Origin: the human T2T-CHM13v2.0 reference genome, Homo sapiens
Length of the DNA: 64,000 bases
Strand: one strand, 5' to 3'
Assembly: GCF_009914755.1 (NCBI RefSeq)
Contig: NC_060936.1
Of this stretch, positions 14,300-36,750 are shown one piece after another. The notes under the pieces are model-generated. The model had not been told where the DNA came from. It worked only from the letters and a program-made list of their open reading frames with translations, and did no database searches. The position numbers and the translations under genes were made by a program. Every line of letters begins with the position of its first letter. The first letter of the stretch is position 1.

Positions 14300-14560
14300 T
14301 CAGCAGCAAGTTTTCTCCACGTCCTCAGGAAGGATCCAAAGTCTCACCATTACAGCATCTCTGGGTCTCGCTGGGATCATGACTATTTATAATCTCCGCA
14401 AAGGGTGGAGCCTGAAAGGGCGACAAGCCCCCAGCCCCACCCCACCCCACCCCACCCCCCTGAAGCAATCTTGTGATCTCTCGGAATTCTGTGTTATCAG
14501 AACTACCCCCGCCCCCGCCCCACAGACAATAACGCCCTCCCTCCCCCCTCTCTTAAAACC
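14300..14560 (-). promoter_or_regulatory. SLC2A3 core promoter and 5'UTR: TATAAA (14386-14391), tandem GC boxes (14506-14521), CACCC repeats (14428-14460), ACGTG core (14318-14322)
   Basis: Motifs read directly from sequence 100-320 bp upstream of the start codon. A TATA-directed TSS near 14360 is inferred. Confidence 0.8.
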
Positions 14561-15026
14561 ACATCCTTCCACTCTCTCCACCCTGGGTTTTTTTTTTTTT
14601 TTTTTTTCAAAAGCTCATCCTTACTCCTTCCCTCTTCTAATAGCAGCTAGAGCCTCTTAGTTTCACAGACAAAATACTACCAGAAAAGCCTGGAGGGAGG
14701 GCAAATACACTATTTTATGCTCTCGCATCTGCTTGGGATTAAAACAATCTACAGAGAGATTAGAATAAATCTATCCATACAAAACGAAGTCAAGTGGGTG
14801 CTACTATCAGAGATTTAAGGTTGTTAGAAAGAGTGTTAGTAAGAATTCTTGATCCTATGAATTTATAGGCTGGGTCTACAATCTTTTTTTTTTCTTTTTT
14901 TTTTGAGACGGAGTACACAATCTTAAAGGGGAGGGAAAGACAGCCTGAGAGAAGAAAATCAGGGAAATAATTTTGCCAGTGTTCCTTTCTTCGCATAATC
15001 TCACCTGGAGGGAAGAAAATATCTGA

Positions 15027-15513
<487 letters not shown>

Positions 15514-15660
15514 TTAAGCAGGTATTTGCCGAATACACGCTATGTATCAGGTACTCTCCAAGAAGCTGGTGATTCTTCAGTGAATAATAGAAAAAAAGGC
15601 CGGGCGCGGTGGCTCACGCCTGTAATCCCAGCACTTTGGGAGGCCGAGGTGGGCGGATCA

Positions 15661-15966
<306 letters not shown>

Positions 15967-16646
15967 TTATAAAGTATAAAAAGGGACTAGGGCAAGTAAT
16001 TCTCACATAACTGGAAAAGATTATTAATATCCTATTAGTTATGGACTGTGAGTTTCTTGAAAGAAAAGTGTTAGATAAGTATCTGATTACTAAGCTATAC
16101 AAGAAAACTGAACAAGCTAAGCAGGAGAAGAAAATAGGAATGAGAACTGAGGGAGGGATAATCGGGGAGAGAGAAGAGTGGTTCCAGGTTGAGAGTAAAC
16201 AAAGCAAAACAACTTGGTTTGTGTTTAAACAGCTGGGTAAGTGAGAGATAGTATCTAGGCTTTTTTGGAGGAGGAATATCAACTATCAAATTCCTAATGC
16301 CCATTCATTTGTAGCTTGCAACCCTTTCAGTACTGGAGGTGGCAGGGTGGGTGAAGGACGCTTGGTAAAGAGATAAACTTTTTCCCAGTGGTGAATTGGA
16401 GGAAGTGCATCTTCCTTTAGGGTTTTGGTTGAGGGCCTAGAATTCAAATTGATACTGCTGGACCCGAGAAAACTAGATTACTGTTGCTTCCTTTGCTTTA
16501 ACGAGGATATTGTTAAAATCTGATTTGATGACAACTCCCCTCCCCCATCTCACCATTGCCTTCCAGGAAATGCTGAGCCAGAGGCCCCTTTAGTCACCAC
16601 AGCAACTGAATTTAGTATCTAAAGGAAAAAGGATATCCCAAAGGGC

Positions 16647-16925
16647 AGTGCTGTCCAATAGAAATATAATATGAGCATGTCACATTATGGTTTCTAGTAG
16701 CCACACTAAAAATTTTAAAAGAAACAAGATAAATTTTTTTCATAATTATTTTATTTAACCCAATATATCCAAAACATTGTCATTTCAGCATGCATTCAAT
16801 ATAAAAATTAATAGTTTACTTTTTTGTACTAAGTCTTTGAAACATATTGTATATTTTAAATTTACAAATTAAAGGGATATGTAGCCCCACCAAAACAACA
16901 AAGTTGTGTTTATCAGGAAAATATT
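16647..16925. mobile_element. MER33/Charlie5-type hAT fossil
   Basis: cagtgctgtccaatagaaatataat...ctagtagccacact...ttatttaacccaatatatccaaaa. Confidence 0.75.
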
Positions 16926-17022
16926 TTAAGTTGCATATCGAGCGTTGCATGCAGGCAAATTGCATACAGCCAAGCCTGGCCGCCTAGCCCAGTCGTACAC
17001 CAGGGTGGTCTTGATCTCTTGA

Positions 17023-17295
<273 letters not shown>

Positions 17296-18437
17296 TGAGC
17301 CACCGCGCCCGGCGATCTCTTGATCTCGTGATCCCCCCACCTCAGCTTTCCAAAGTTCTGGGATTGGCTGGGCGCAGTGGCTCATGCCTGTAATCCCAGC
17401 ACTTTGGGAGACTGAGGCGGGCAGATCACCTGAGGTCACGAGTTCGAGACCAGCCTGGCCAATGTGGTGAAACCCTGTCTCTATTAAAAATACAAAAATT
17501 AGCTGGGCGTGGAGGCGGGAGCCTGTAATCCCAGCTACTGGGGAGGCTGAGGCAGGAGAATCGTTTGAACCCAGGAGGCGGAGGTTGCCGTGGGCAATTG
17601 CACTCTAGCCTGGGTGACAAGAGGGAAACCCCATCTCCAAAAAAAAAAAAGTGCTGGGATTACAGGTGTGAGCCAGCTCGCCCGGCCCTGGCCATATATA
17701 TTTTTAAAGGTTACAATTGGAATTCAGCCGAGTCTTGAGAATCTACAAATGTGTTGACCTGGGCACAGTGGCTCACATCTATAATCCCAGCATTTTGGGA
17801 GGTTGAGGTGGAAGGATCACTTGAACCTAGGTGTTTGAGACCAGCCTGGGCAACACAGTGAGACCCCTTCTCTACAAAAAAAAAAAAAAAAAAAAAAAAA
17901 ATTAGCTGGACGTGGTAATGGCAGGTGCCTATAGACCCAGCTACTTGGGAGGCTGAGGTGGGAGGATCACTTGAGCCCAGGAGGTAGAAGCTGCAGTGAG
18001 CTATGCAGTCTGGGCAACAGAGTGAGACCCTGCCTCAAAAAAGAAAAAAAAAAGTGTGTTGAGCATATTGAGACAAGTATTCCTTGAGCAAGTGGGACCT
18101 AGGAGGAACCTGATGCTCAAAAACCAGTTCTGCACTGGGCTGGCCCCCAAAGCAACAGGAATGTCCAAGCTTAGATAGTCCTTCACCCTGGCCGCTAGAG
18201 AAGAGTTGTAATGTGAATCTCAATCCTGGAATCTAAATCTGCAGAATGTAAATCTCAATCCTAGTTTCATGCAGCTTTGTGGGATGGGTGCTTGCTAGTA
18301 TGATAACCAAGTGGAAAACAAACATAAAATCTAAAGTCAGGGAACACAAGGCTTTAAACGCATTGAGGTAAAGACAGGGAAAACTGTCTCTTTCATAAAA
18401 CAATGTAAGTGGCATTTCAAGACACACTAAAAAGCTA

Positions 18438-18825
<388 letters not shown>

Positions 18826-19490
18826 TGAGACCATCCTGGCTAACACGGTGAAACCCCGTCTCTACTAAAAATACAAAAAAATTAGCTGGGCGTGGTGGCG
18901 GGTGCCTGTAGTCCCAGCTATTCAGGAGGCTGAGGCAGGAGAATGGCGTGAACCTGGGAGGCGGAGCTTGCAGTGAGCTGAGATTGCGCCATTGCAATCC
19001 AGCCTGGGCGACACAGCAAGACTCCATCTCAAAAAAACAAAAAGAAAAACAAAAACAGAAACAAAAGAGCTAGTAACTGCTCTAAAACTTTGCTTGCATC
19101 TGTAATATTCCTCATAAAGAACAACTTTTGTTAAAGCAACTTTTTTATCTTCCTTTATTAGGTTAGTGTAGGCAGAGTTCACTTTGAATTTGAAAACACT
19201 GTAGAAAATAAGTCCTCAGGGTGAAGAAAGAAAGAATTTGAGAAATGTTGATTTTCCTGTCTATAGTGGGTTTAAACCATCCATCCGTCACTCCTGTTGG
19301 CCCTGAAGGGCCTAATCCCAGCTCCCAGGCCCTTACCACTTTCAGAAGGGTCTTCTCTCCTCCTCCCTCTCCCTTCTTCAAAAATGAATCAATTCCACAT
19401 CAGTGCTAGATGAATTATCCTAAATCAAAATTTGAATCGTATCAATTTCCTACTCAAATACCTTCAATAATTATTGAATAAAGCCTAGAC

Positions 19491-19972
<482 letters not shown>

Positions 19973-20467
19973 TCTTGACTCTTCAGCATGATCCCAATTT
20001 AGGATGCCAGGCTTAGAATATACTTAAAATATACACCCAAGAAAAAAAAATTGGAAGTATACCTACCCTTTGCCCCAGCCAATCTAACTATTTGTCAGTT
20101 TTCAAACAGGTCCCATTCCCTGCCTCATAGTTTTTACTTTATCTTACTTTGCCTTAAAAAATAAATCCCCATCCGGGCTAGGTGGCTCACGCCTGTAATC
20201 CCAGCACTCTGGGAGGCCGAAGCGGGCGGGCGGATCACGAGGTCTGGAGATCGAGACCATCCTGGCTAACACGGTGAAACCCCGTCTCTACTTAAAATAC
20301 AAAAAAATTAGCCAGGCGTGGTGGCGAGCGCCTATAGTCCCAGCTACTCGGGAAGCTGAGCCAGGAGAATGGCGTGGCGTGAACCCGGGAGGCGGAGCTT
20401 GCAGTGAGCGGAGATCGCGCCACTGCCCTCCAGCCTGGGCGACAGTGCTAGACTCCCTCTCAAAAAA

Positions 20468-20919
<452 letters not shown>

Positions 20920-21043
20920 TAATACTATATTTTATCTTGAATTTTAGGTATGTAGGTTGGAACTCCATGGGAGCATGATCTGGCTTGTTTTGAGCAGGCC
21001 TAGAATAGAATGGAAACCCACTACATGTTAGTTGAATCAATGA

Positions 21044-21353
<310 letters not shown>

Positions 21354-22071
21354 TGATCTGCCCGCCTCGGCCTCCCAAAGTGCTGGGATTACAGGCGTGA
21401 GCCACCGCGCGGGGCGACCTTCAAGTTTTAAATGAAACATCATCTCTTCCAGGAACTTCATCCCTCACAACCTGTTTCTATGTCTTTTAATTTTTTCTTT
21501 CTTTTTCTTTTTTTTTTTTGAGATGGAGTTTTGCTCTTGTTGCCTAGGCTGGAGTGCAATGGCACACTCACTGCAACCTCCCCATCCTGGGTTCCAGTGA
21601 TTCTCCTACCTCAGCCCCGCAAGTAGCTGGGATTACAGCCTCCCACCACCACACTCAGCTGATTTTTTTGTATTTTTAGTAGAGATGGGGTTTTGCCATG
21701 TTGGCCAGGCTCTCAAACTCCTGACCTCAGGTGATCTGCCCGCCTCGGCCTCCCAAAGTGTTGGGATTACAGGCGTGAGCCACCATGCCTGGCCAGCATC
21801 TTTTAATTTTCTTCTTCTTTTTAATTTAAGAGATAGCATCTAGCTATGTTACCCCAGGCTGGACTATAACTCCTGGGCTCAAGCGATCCTCCTGGTAGGT
21901 GGGACTACAGGCACACTCCATGCTCCTCAGAGTCTCACCTTAATTGTCTTCTTCATCACCCTAATTCACATGTGAATCCCTTAAGAGCAGGGATTTTGTG
22001 TCTTCTTTCTATTCACAGGCACTTCACATAGTCCTGGACATATGCATGAATGAACCGTTGACTGAATGACA

Positions 22072-23340
<1,269 letters not shown>

Positions 23341-25388
23341 GAACAAATGAACAAACTAAAACTTATGAACACTTCAGTTCCCCCTAAAGCATTTGGTTTA
23401 GGAAGGTCACACAGTCATGCTTGCAGGCCACACAAACAGGGCACAGCTGACAGTGAAACCAAGGTTAGTAAGTACATTATTTTTATTTTTAAATTATAGA
23501 GACAGGGACTCACTATATAGACCATGCTGGTCTCAAACTTCTGGCCTCAAGCTATCCCCCTGTCTCAGCCTCCCAAATTGCTCAGATTATAGGTGTGAGT
23601 CACCACACTTGGCCAAGGAGTACATTAACCCATAACCAAGTATGTGAAGTTTACTTTTACTCTTTTTGTATGTTAGCCTTGAATACATAATATAGGACTT
23701 TTGGAAAACTCAAACAACAAACTCATGATGCTCATAATTGACACATTTACATCATTCCACACAGTCTGAAACTGGGACAAAATACTGCAACCAGGATTGC
23801 CTTGGAAAATCTGGGCATCTGGTCATTGTATTAATGTAGTATTCTCATCAACTCTCTGGGTAATTTTTAAACTTTTGAAATGTGTAAGTTCCTCACACAT
23901 AGAAAGGCTTAATCATTGTTGAATTAATTGTAGAGGGTATAGAAACAATCTGTATCTTTCTTCCTTTTTATAATAAATTGCAATAGGACTTCAATTCTGC
24001 CAGCCATAGGTCCTTTTGTTTTACAGTAGCCATCTTTGTCACTCATAGGTATTAAAACATGGCTTGGGGAGGCCTAGGTGGGGGCATCGCTTGAGCCCAG
24101 GAGTTCAAGACCAGCCTGGGTGATGTAGTGAGAACTTGTCTCTACAAAAAATTTAAAAATTAGCTGAGCGTGGTGGTGTGTGCCTGTGGTCCTAGCTACT
24201 TGAGAGGCTGAGGTGGGAGACTTTTGAGCCCAGGAGGGCAAGGCTTGCAGTGAGCCGTGATCATGCCACTGCACTCCAGCCTGGGCGACAGAGCAAGGCC
24301 CTGTCTCAAAAAACAAAAACAAAAACAAAAAAACCCAAAAGAAACAAAAAACCCATGCCCTGAAATTGTTAAAGCAGATACCTATTTTAATGTTGAGCAG
24401 GCCGAGCCCGTTAGCTCACTCCTGTCATCTCAGCACTTTGGGAGGCCAAGGCCAGTGAATCACCTGAGGTCAGGAGTTCGAAACCAGGCTGATCAACATG
24501 GTGAAATCCCATCTCTACTAAAAATACAAAATTTGCTGGGCTTGGTGGCACATGCCCGTAATCCCAGCTACTTGGGAGGCTGAGGCAGGAGAATCACTTG
24601 CTTGAACCCAGGAGGCAGAGGTTGCAGTGAGCCGACATTGTGCCATTGCACTCCAGCCTGGGCAATAAGAGCGAAACTCCATCTCAAAAAAAAAAAAAAA
24701 AAAAAAAAAGAAGTTATCTCTTTAAATGAAATAACATCTTTAAATAAAATTTAAGAGGCTGAAATTTAAGCGACTAAAATTTAATATTCCTAGTCTCTAA
24801 TACCAGGATTTGTAGTGAACTCTATTCCCAGAATAGGGCAGTAGTATTGAATTTGGGGGACATGGTTCAGTCCATAACACCATGTTACTGGAGATTCACT
24901 CCTTTGTATTCTTCCATCTGGAATATTCTTTCCAATCAGCTAACTCCTGATCATACTTCAATAACCAGCATTTCTTCTCATTTGTGAAACTTTCCCAGAG
25001 AAACCTAAGAAGATCTCATTTCCTTTGTGCCACCAACCATCTCAAACATACCCATAATTTAGTACTTATTGAATCCCATGGTGAATATTTGCTTACCTTT
25101 CTAAGCTGTGAGCACTCTAGGGGCAGAGACTTGATTTTACCTATCTCTGTATTCACAGTGCCTAATAAATAGGTGATCAAAATGTCAAATTAGGGGAATA
25201 AAACACGTCCAAAGTATATCTTTAGGACCGCTAATATCTAAATAAGCTACAACCTAATTAGATAACATAATTATAGAAGAGATTCATTAATAAAATTACT
25301 TTTATAAGTCTCAAAAATGTCCCTTAGATAAGTAAATCCTTCTAGGAATGTAGGTAGATGGGGCATGATAACCCAATTAAGATAATAC

Positions 25389-25510
25389 TCTTTCTTCCTT
25401 TCCTTTCCTTTTTCCTTCCCTTCCCTTCCTTTCCCTCCCCTCCCCTCCCCTCCCCTCCCTCCCTCCCTCCCCTCCCTTCTCTTCCTTTCCTTTCCTTTTC
25501 TTTCTTTTTG
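25389..25510. repeat. Polypyrimidine low-complexity tract (CCTT/CCCT/CCCCT) derived from an Alu tail
   Basis: About 120 nt of C/T only, abutting an antisense AluJ. Confidence 0.9.
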
Positions 25511-26369
25511 AGATAGGGTCTAACTCTGTCTCCCAGGCTGGAGTGCAGTTGTGTGGTCTCAGCTCACTGCAACCTCTGCCTCCTGGGCCCAAGCAATCAT
25601 CCCACCTCAGCCTCCTGAGTAGCTTGGGCCACAGGTGTGCGCCACCACACCCAGCTAATTTTTTGCAGAGACGCGGATTTACCATGTTGCCCAGGCTGGT
25701 CTGGAACTCCTGAGCTCAAGCCATCCACCCGCATCGGCCTCCCAAAGTGCTGGGATTACAGACAAGAGCCACTGAGCCTAGCCATTTTATTTCCCATGCA
25801 TTGTTTTCGTCTTTTTATTTTATTTTATTTATTTATTTTTGAGTCACAGTCTCGCTCTGTTGTCCAGGCTGGAGTGATCTTAGCTCACTGCCACCTCTGC
25901 CTCCTGGTAAAGCAATTCTTGAGCCTCCACCTCTCCAGTAGTTGGGATTACAGGCCCATGCCACCAAGCCCGGCTAATTTTTGTATTTCTAGTAGAGACG
26001 GGTTTCACCACGTTGGCCATGCTGGTCTCAAACTCCTGACCTCAAGCTATCCACCCACCTCGGCCTTCCAAAGTCCTGGGATTACAGGTGTGAGCCACCA
26101 CACCTGGCCTGCCTTGTTACTTCTAAGTAATTATTTTTATTTTTCTTTAAACAAGTACTTTTTATTTTTAGATGGAGTCTCGCTGCAGTGTCTCGATCTC
26201 GGCTCACTGCAACCTGCGCCTCCTGGGTTCAAGCAATTCTCCTGCCTCAGCCTCCCGAGTAGCTGGGACTAAAGGTGAACACCACCACACCCAGCTAATT
26301 TTTGTATTTTTAGTAGAGACCGGGTTTCACCATGTTGGCCAGGATGGTCTCAGTCTCTTGACCTCGTGA

Positions 26370-26643
<274 letters not shown>

Positions 26644-28316
26644 TAGCCAGAATGGTCTCAATCTCCTGACCTCATCATCCACCCGCCTCAATCTCCCAAA
26701 GTGCTGGGATTACAGGCGTGAGCCACCGTGACTGGCCACAAGCACTTTTTCATATTTAGCAGAGATTAAAATGGTTCTACCATACTATAACATCACATAT
26801 ATTATACTTATTGTTAAGAATCAATAATGTCTGAATATGCTCTAATCAATATCTAGAAAGTAAGTCGATCATTATACTTGATAAAGGAAGACCTGAGAAA
26901 AAAAGGAAGAACCAGGTTACTAAGAGGCGGAAGTGAATGTTTATGTCACAATTACCATACAAAAAACCACTACCTTATACAACAGCTGCCCACAATTTAG
27001 CCCCCAAATCTCCCCAATCCCTATATGCCAAACTAATTCTGAAAGACTTGCAGTGCAAAGCAAAATCTTTGTGTTTATAGACTCTCTCCAGTGTTTTAAT
27101 AACAGCTTTTTCCCCAGGATTGGAGAAACAAGTGACACTCCTTGCAGAGTATTTCAGTGCTTCCCTGAAATGACCATCTACTCTAAAGCAGAAGCTCTTT
27201 CTCTGACACCTCCCTTGCAGATCACAACTGCCTATTAACCTTGGGCAGGGCTGCACAAATATTCCCCTTACTCATTGTATATCCTCTTTAACACCCAGCA
27301 GAATGTAAAAGGTATGAGACAATCTGAGACTTGGCATTATTACTTTATCTACTTCCTCTTATTGTCAATACTAGAAAAAAATAGGTAGGAGAGAGAATTT
27401 TTACAGTTTGGTGTAGTTAACTAAGCAGAGGTTTGGACATCAGAACAGAAAAATGTGAAGCCCAGCTCTGGAGCATGAACTAGAGTTTGGATATTCAAAC
27501 AAGTCACTTTCTTTTTTTTTTGTTTGTTTTTTGAGACAGAACCTTACTCCGTCGCCAGAGCTGAAATGCAATGTCACTATCTCGGCTCACTGCAACCTCC
27601 GCCTCCCGGATTCAAGCGATTCTCCTGCCTCAGCCTCCTGAGTAGCCAGGATTACAGGTGCCTGCCACCAAGCCCAGCTAATTTTTGTATTTTTAGTAGA
27701 GACAGGGTTTCACCATGTTGGTCAGGCTGGTCTAACTCTTGACCTAGTGATATTTTTCATCAACTATTTATTGAATACCTACTGTTTTCTAGATACACTA
27801 CTAGGCACAGACAATATAGGTTTGCAGTGAGCCGAGACTGGCCATTGCACTCCAGCCTGGGCAACAGAGCGAGACTCTGTCTCAAAAAATAAAATAAAAT
27901 AAAATACTCACCTCAAAGGCCAGGTATGGTGAATCCTAGCACTTTAGGAGGTTGAGGCGGGAGGATTGCTTGAGCCCAGGAGTTTGAGACCAGCCTAGGC
28001 AACACAGTGAGATCCCATCTGTGTAAAAAATAAATAAATCAAAAAAATGCATAATGACTGACTGAAGAAATGAATATTTGTTTGGGCTATAGAGTGTATG
28101 TGCCTTTTTTTCACTTACATTGTCTCATTTGATTTTTCCAATAATTTTGTGAGATGGGTATTCAAACCTCCAATTTAAATACTGAAATTGAGATTTAGAG
28201 AAAGAAAATGACTTGTTTGAGGCTGGGCGCGGTGGCTCATATCTGTAATCCCAGCACTTTGGGAGGCTGAGGCGGGCGGATCACCTGAGGTCAGGAATTT
28301 AAGACCAGCCTGGCTA

Positions 28317-28529
<213 letters not shown>

Positions 28530-28858
28530 TCACTTTGTCATTTAGGCTGGAGTGCAATGGCGCCATCATGACTCGCTGCATCCTAGAGCTCCTGGCTCAA
28601 GCGAGGTCGGGGCTGCAGTGAGGCATGATGCCATGAACTTCCTGCCTCAGTCTCCCAAGCAGCTGGGAATACATGTGCAGACCACCATGCCTGGCTAATT
28701 TTGTTGGTTTTTAGTAGAGACACAGTCTTCCCATGTAGCCCAGGCTCGTCTCAAATTCCTGAGCTCAAGTGATCCTCCTGCCTCGACCTCCCAAAGTAGT
28801 GAGATTACAAGGCATGAGCCACTGTGCCCAACATCTACATTTCAGTACGGAAGATATT

Positions 28859-32560
<3,702 letters not shown>

Positions 32561-33056
32561 TATACTGTCAAGTAATAAGGGAGCATTTTGAAGAAGAAAA
32601 TATCAAGGTAAGGCGATAAAGGGTTGGGGCTGGGGAAGATTAAGATAGAGTGGTTAGGGTTCCTCTCTCAGTAGAGATGATACTTGCACAGAAACCTGAA
32701 TCACACGAGAAAGTCAACCTTGGGAGTATCTCAAAACAGCATTTCAAACAGAAGGCATTTCAAACGCAGACACCAAAAGGAGGACTCGTGCTTGGCAGGG
32801 TGTCAAAAGGTGGATTTGGCAGGAGTGGAGTGAAGCGGGGGCAGAGTGGCAGGAGAAATGATGTTGAAGACGGCTAGGAGTCTGCTCATGCAGGACGCTG
32901 TAAGCAGTCATGAACGTTCTGGTTTATATTCCGAATGTGACAGACAGCCAGGAAGCTACGAAGCCATTTTAGTTTTTTGAGCAGAAGCATGACATCAGTT
33001 GATTCGTGTTTTTAAAAAAGTATGTGCTGTTGAATGGAGAAGATGCTGAAGGAGGG

Positions 33057-34814
<1,758 letters not shown>

Positions 34815-35549
34815 CAGGGTAAGAGTGGGAGCATAGAGACCAGTTAGGAGGCTACTGGTCCAGGTGAGAAATGACTTGGTAGTGGGTTGTTGTTGGATTT
34901 AAAATGTATTTTCAAGGTGCAACCTACTGGTGGTCTAGATGTTGGGCATAAGTGAAAAAACGGAGTCAAGAATGATCCTAAAGGTTTTGGCTGGAGCAAC
35001 TGGAGAACTGGAGTTGCCATTTACCTCAGTCAGGAAAGCAGACAGAGACTTCAGGGTCAAATCAAGACTTTTATTTTAGATGCGCTAAGTCTGAGATGTT
35101 GTTAGGTTATGCACTAAAAATAGTGTTCCCTTTCTCTTTCATCCCAGATGCTGGGAATATACAGATAAAAAAGATGTTCAGGCCGGCACAGTGGCTCACA
35201 CGTATAATCCTAGCAGTTTGGGAGGCCGAGGTGGGTGGATCACCTGAGGTCCGGATTTCCAGACTAGCCTGGTCAACATGGTGAAACCCCATTTCTAGTA
35301 ATAATACAAAAAAAATTAGCTGGGTATGGTGGCCTACGCCTGTTATCTCAGCTACTCAGGAGGCTCAGGCAGGAGAATCTCTTGAACCTGGGAGGCTGAG
35401 ATTTCAGTGAGCCGAGATCATGCCATTACACTCCAGCCTGGGCGACAAGAGCGAAACTCCGTCACACACAAAAAAGATGTTCCCTGCCTTTAAGGTCTCG
35501 TGGTGGTAAAGGGGATGGAGAGTGACATATAATCAAGCGTTCCGCCTTT

Positions 35550-35806
35550 GTTTTAATTAATAGGCTTTACTTGGGGTAGAACAGTTTAAGGTTTACAGAA
35601 AAATTAAGCAGAAAGTATACAGAGTTCCCATCTACTCCCTTAACCCCCTTACTAGTAACATTTGCATTAGTATGATACATCTGATATATATATATGTATA
35701 TATATGTATATGTATATATATACATATATATGTATATATATATGTATATGTATATATACATATATATATGTATATGTATATGTATATATACATATATATG
35801 TATATG

Positions 35807-35882
<76 letters not shown>

Positions 35883-36690
35883 CACTCTGTCTCCCAGGCC
35901 GGAATGCAGTGGCATGATCTCGGCTCACTGCAACCTCTGTTTCCCATGTTCAAGCGATTCTCCAGCCTCAGCCTCCTGAGTAGCTGGGATTACAGGCACC
36001 CGTCATCATGCCCGGCTAATTTTTGTATTTTTAGTAGAGATGGAGTTTTGCCATGTTGGCCAGGCTGGTCTCGAACTCCTAACCTCAGGTGGTCTGCCCG
36101 TCTTGGCCTCCCAAAGTGTTGGGATTACAGGCTTGAGCCACCGCGCCTCGCCACATCTGTTATATTAATAATTGAGGAGCTAATATTGATACATTATTAT
36201 TACCTGAAGTCCATAGTTTATATTTGGGTTCATTCTTTGTGTTGTATATTCTATGGGTTTGATAAATGTATGATATCATACAGAACAGCTTTACTGCCCT
36301 AAAAATCCCATGTTCCACCTCCCTTCCTTACTCCTCCAACCCCTGGCAATCACTGATCTTTTTGCTGTTTTTGCATAGTTTTACCTTTTCCAGAATGTCA
36401 TACAGTTGGAGTCATACATTATGTAGCCTTTCCAGATTGGCTTATTTCACTTAGTGATATTCATTGAAAGTTCCTCTATGTCTTTTCATTGCTCACTTCT
36501 TTTTATCACTGGATAATATTCCATTATTTGGATGCACCACAGTTTATCCCTTCACCTACTGAAGGACATCTTAGTAAGTTTTAGCAACTATGAATAAAAC
36601 TGCTCTAAACATTCGTTTGCAGGTTTTCATGTAGATGCATGATTTCAACTCATTGGTGTAAGTACCAAGGAGGGTGATTGCAGGATCACA
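35550..36690 (-). mobile_element. Old L1M (L1MB-like) 3' UTR fragment interrupted by an Alu and microsatellite
   Basis: ggtttacagaaaaattaagcagaaagtatacagagttccca, ccctggcaatcactgatct, ttttccagaatgtcatacagttgga and gaaggacatctt are typical antisense L1M 3' blocks. Confidence 0.7.
35684..35877. repeat. Compound microsatellite (TA/TATG)n followed by (GA)n at an Alu tail
   Basis: Directly visible. It is the source of the low-complexity YI/ER ORFs in the track. Confidence 0.95.
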
Positions 36691-36719
36691 GACAAGACAA
36701 GGGTTTTAAAAGTCATCTT

Positions 36720-36750
36720 CACTTGATCTTAGCCAAAAGGCCGAGAAGCG
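36720..36750 (-). pseudogene. 3'-truncated U2 snRNA retrocopy (U2 nt 3-33)
   Basis: Reverse complement is CGCTTCTCGGCCTTTTGGCTAAGATCAAGTG, 31/31 identical to the U2 5' end. Flanked by near-direct repeats aaaagtcatcttc / aaaagtgttcttc. Confidence 0.9.

Noticed and set aside
35567-35979. YI/ER-repeat ORFs
   Set aside because: They are translations of the (TA/TATG)n(GA)n microsatellite.
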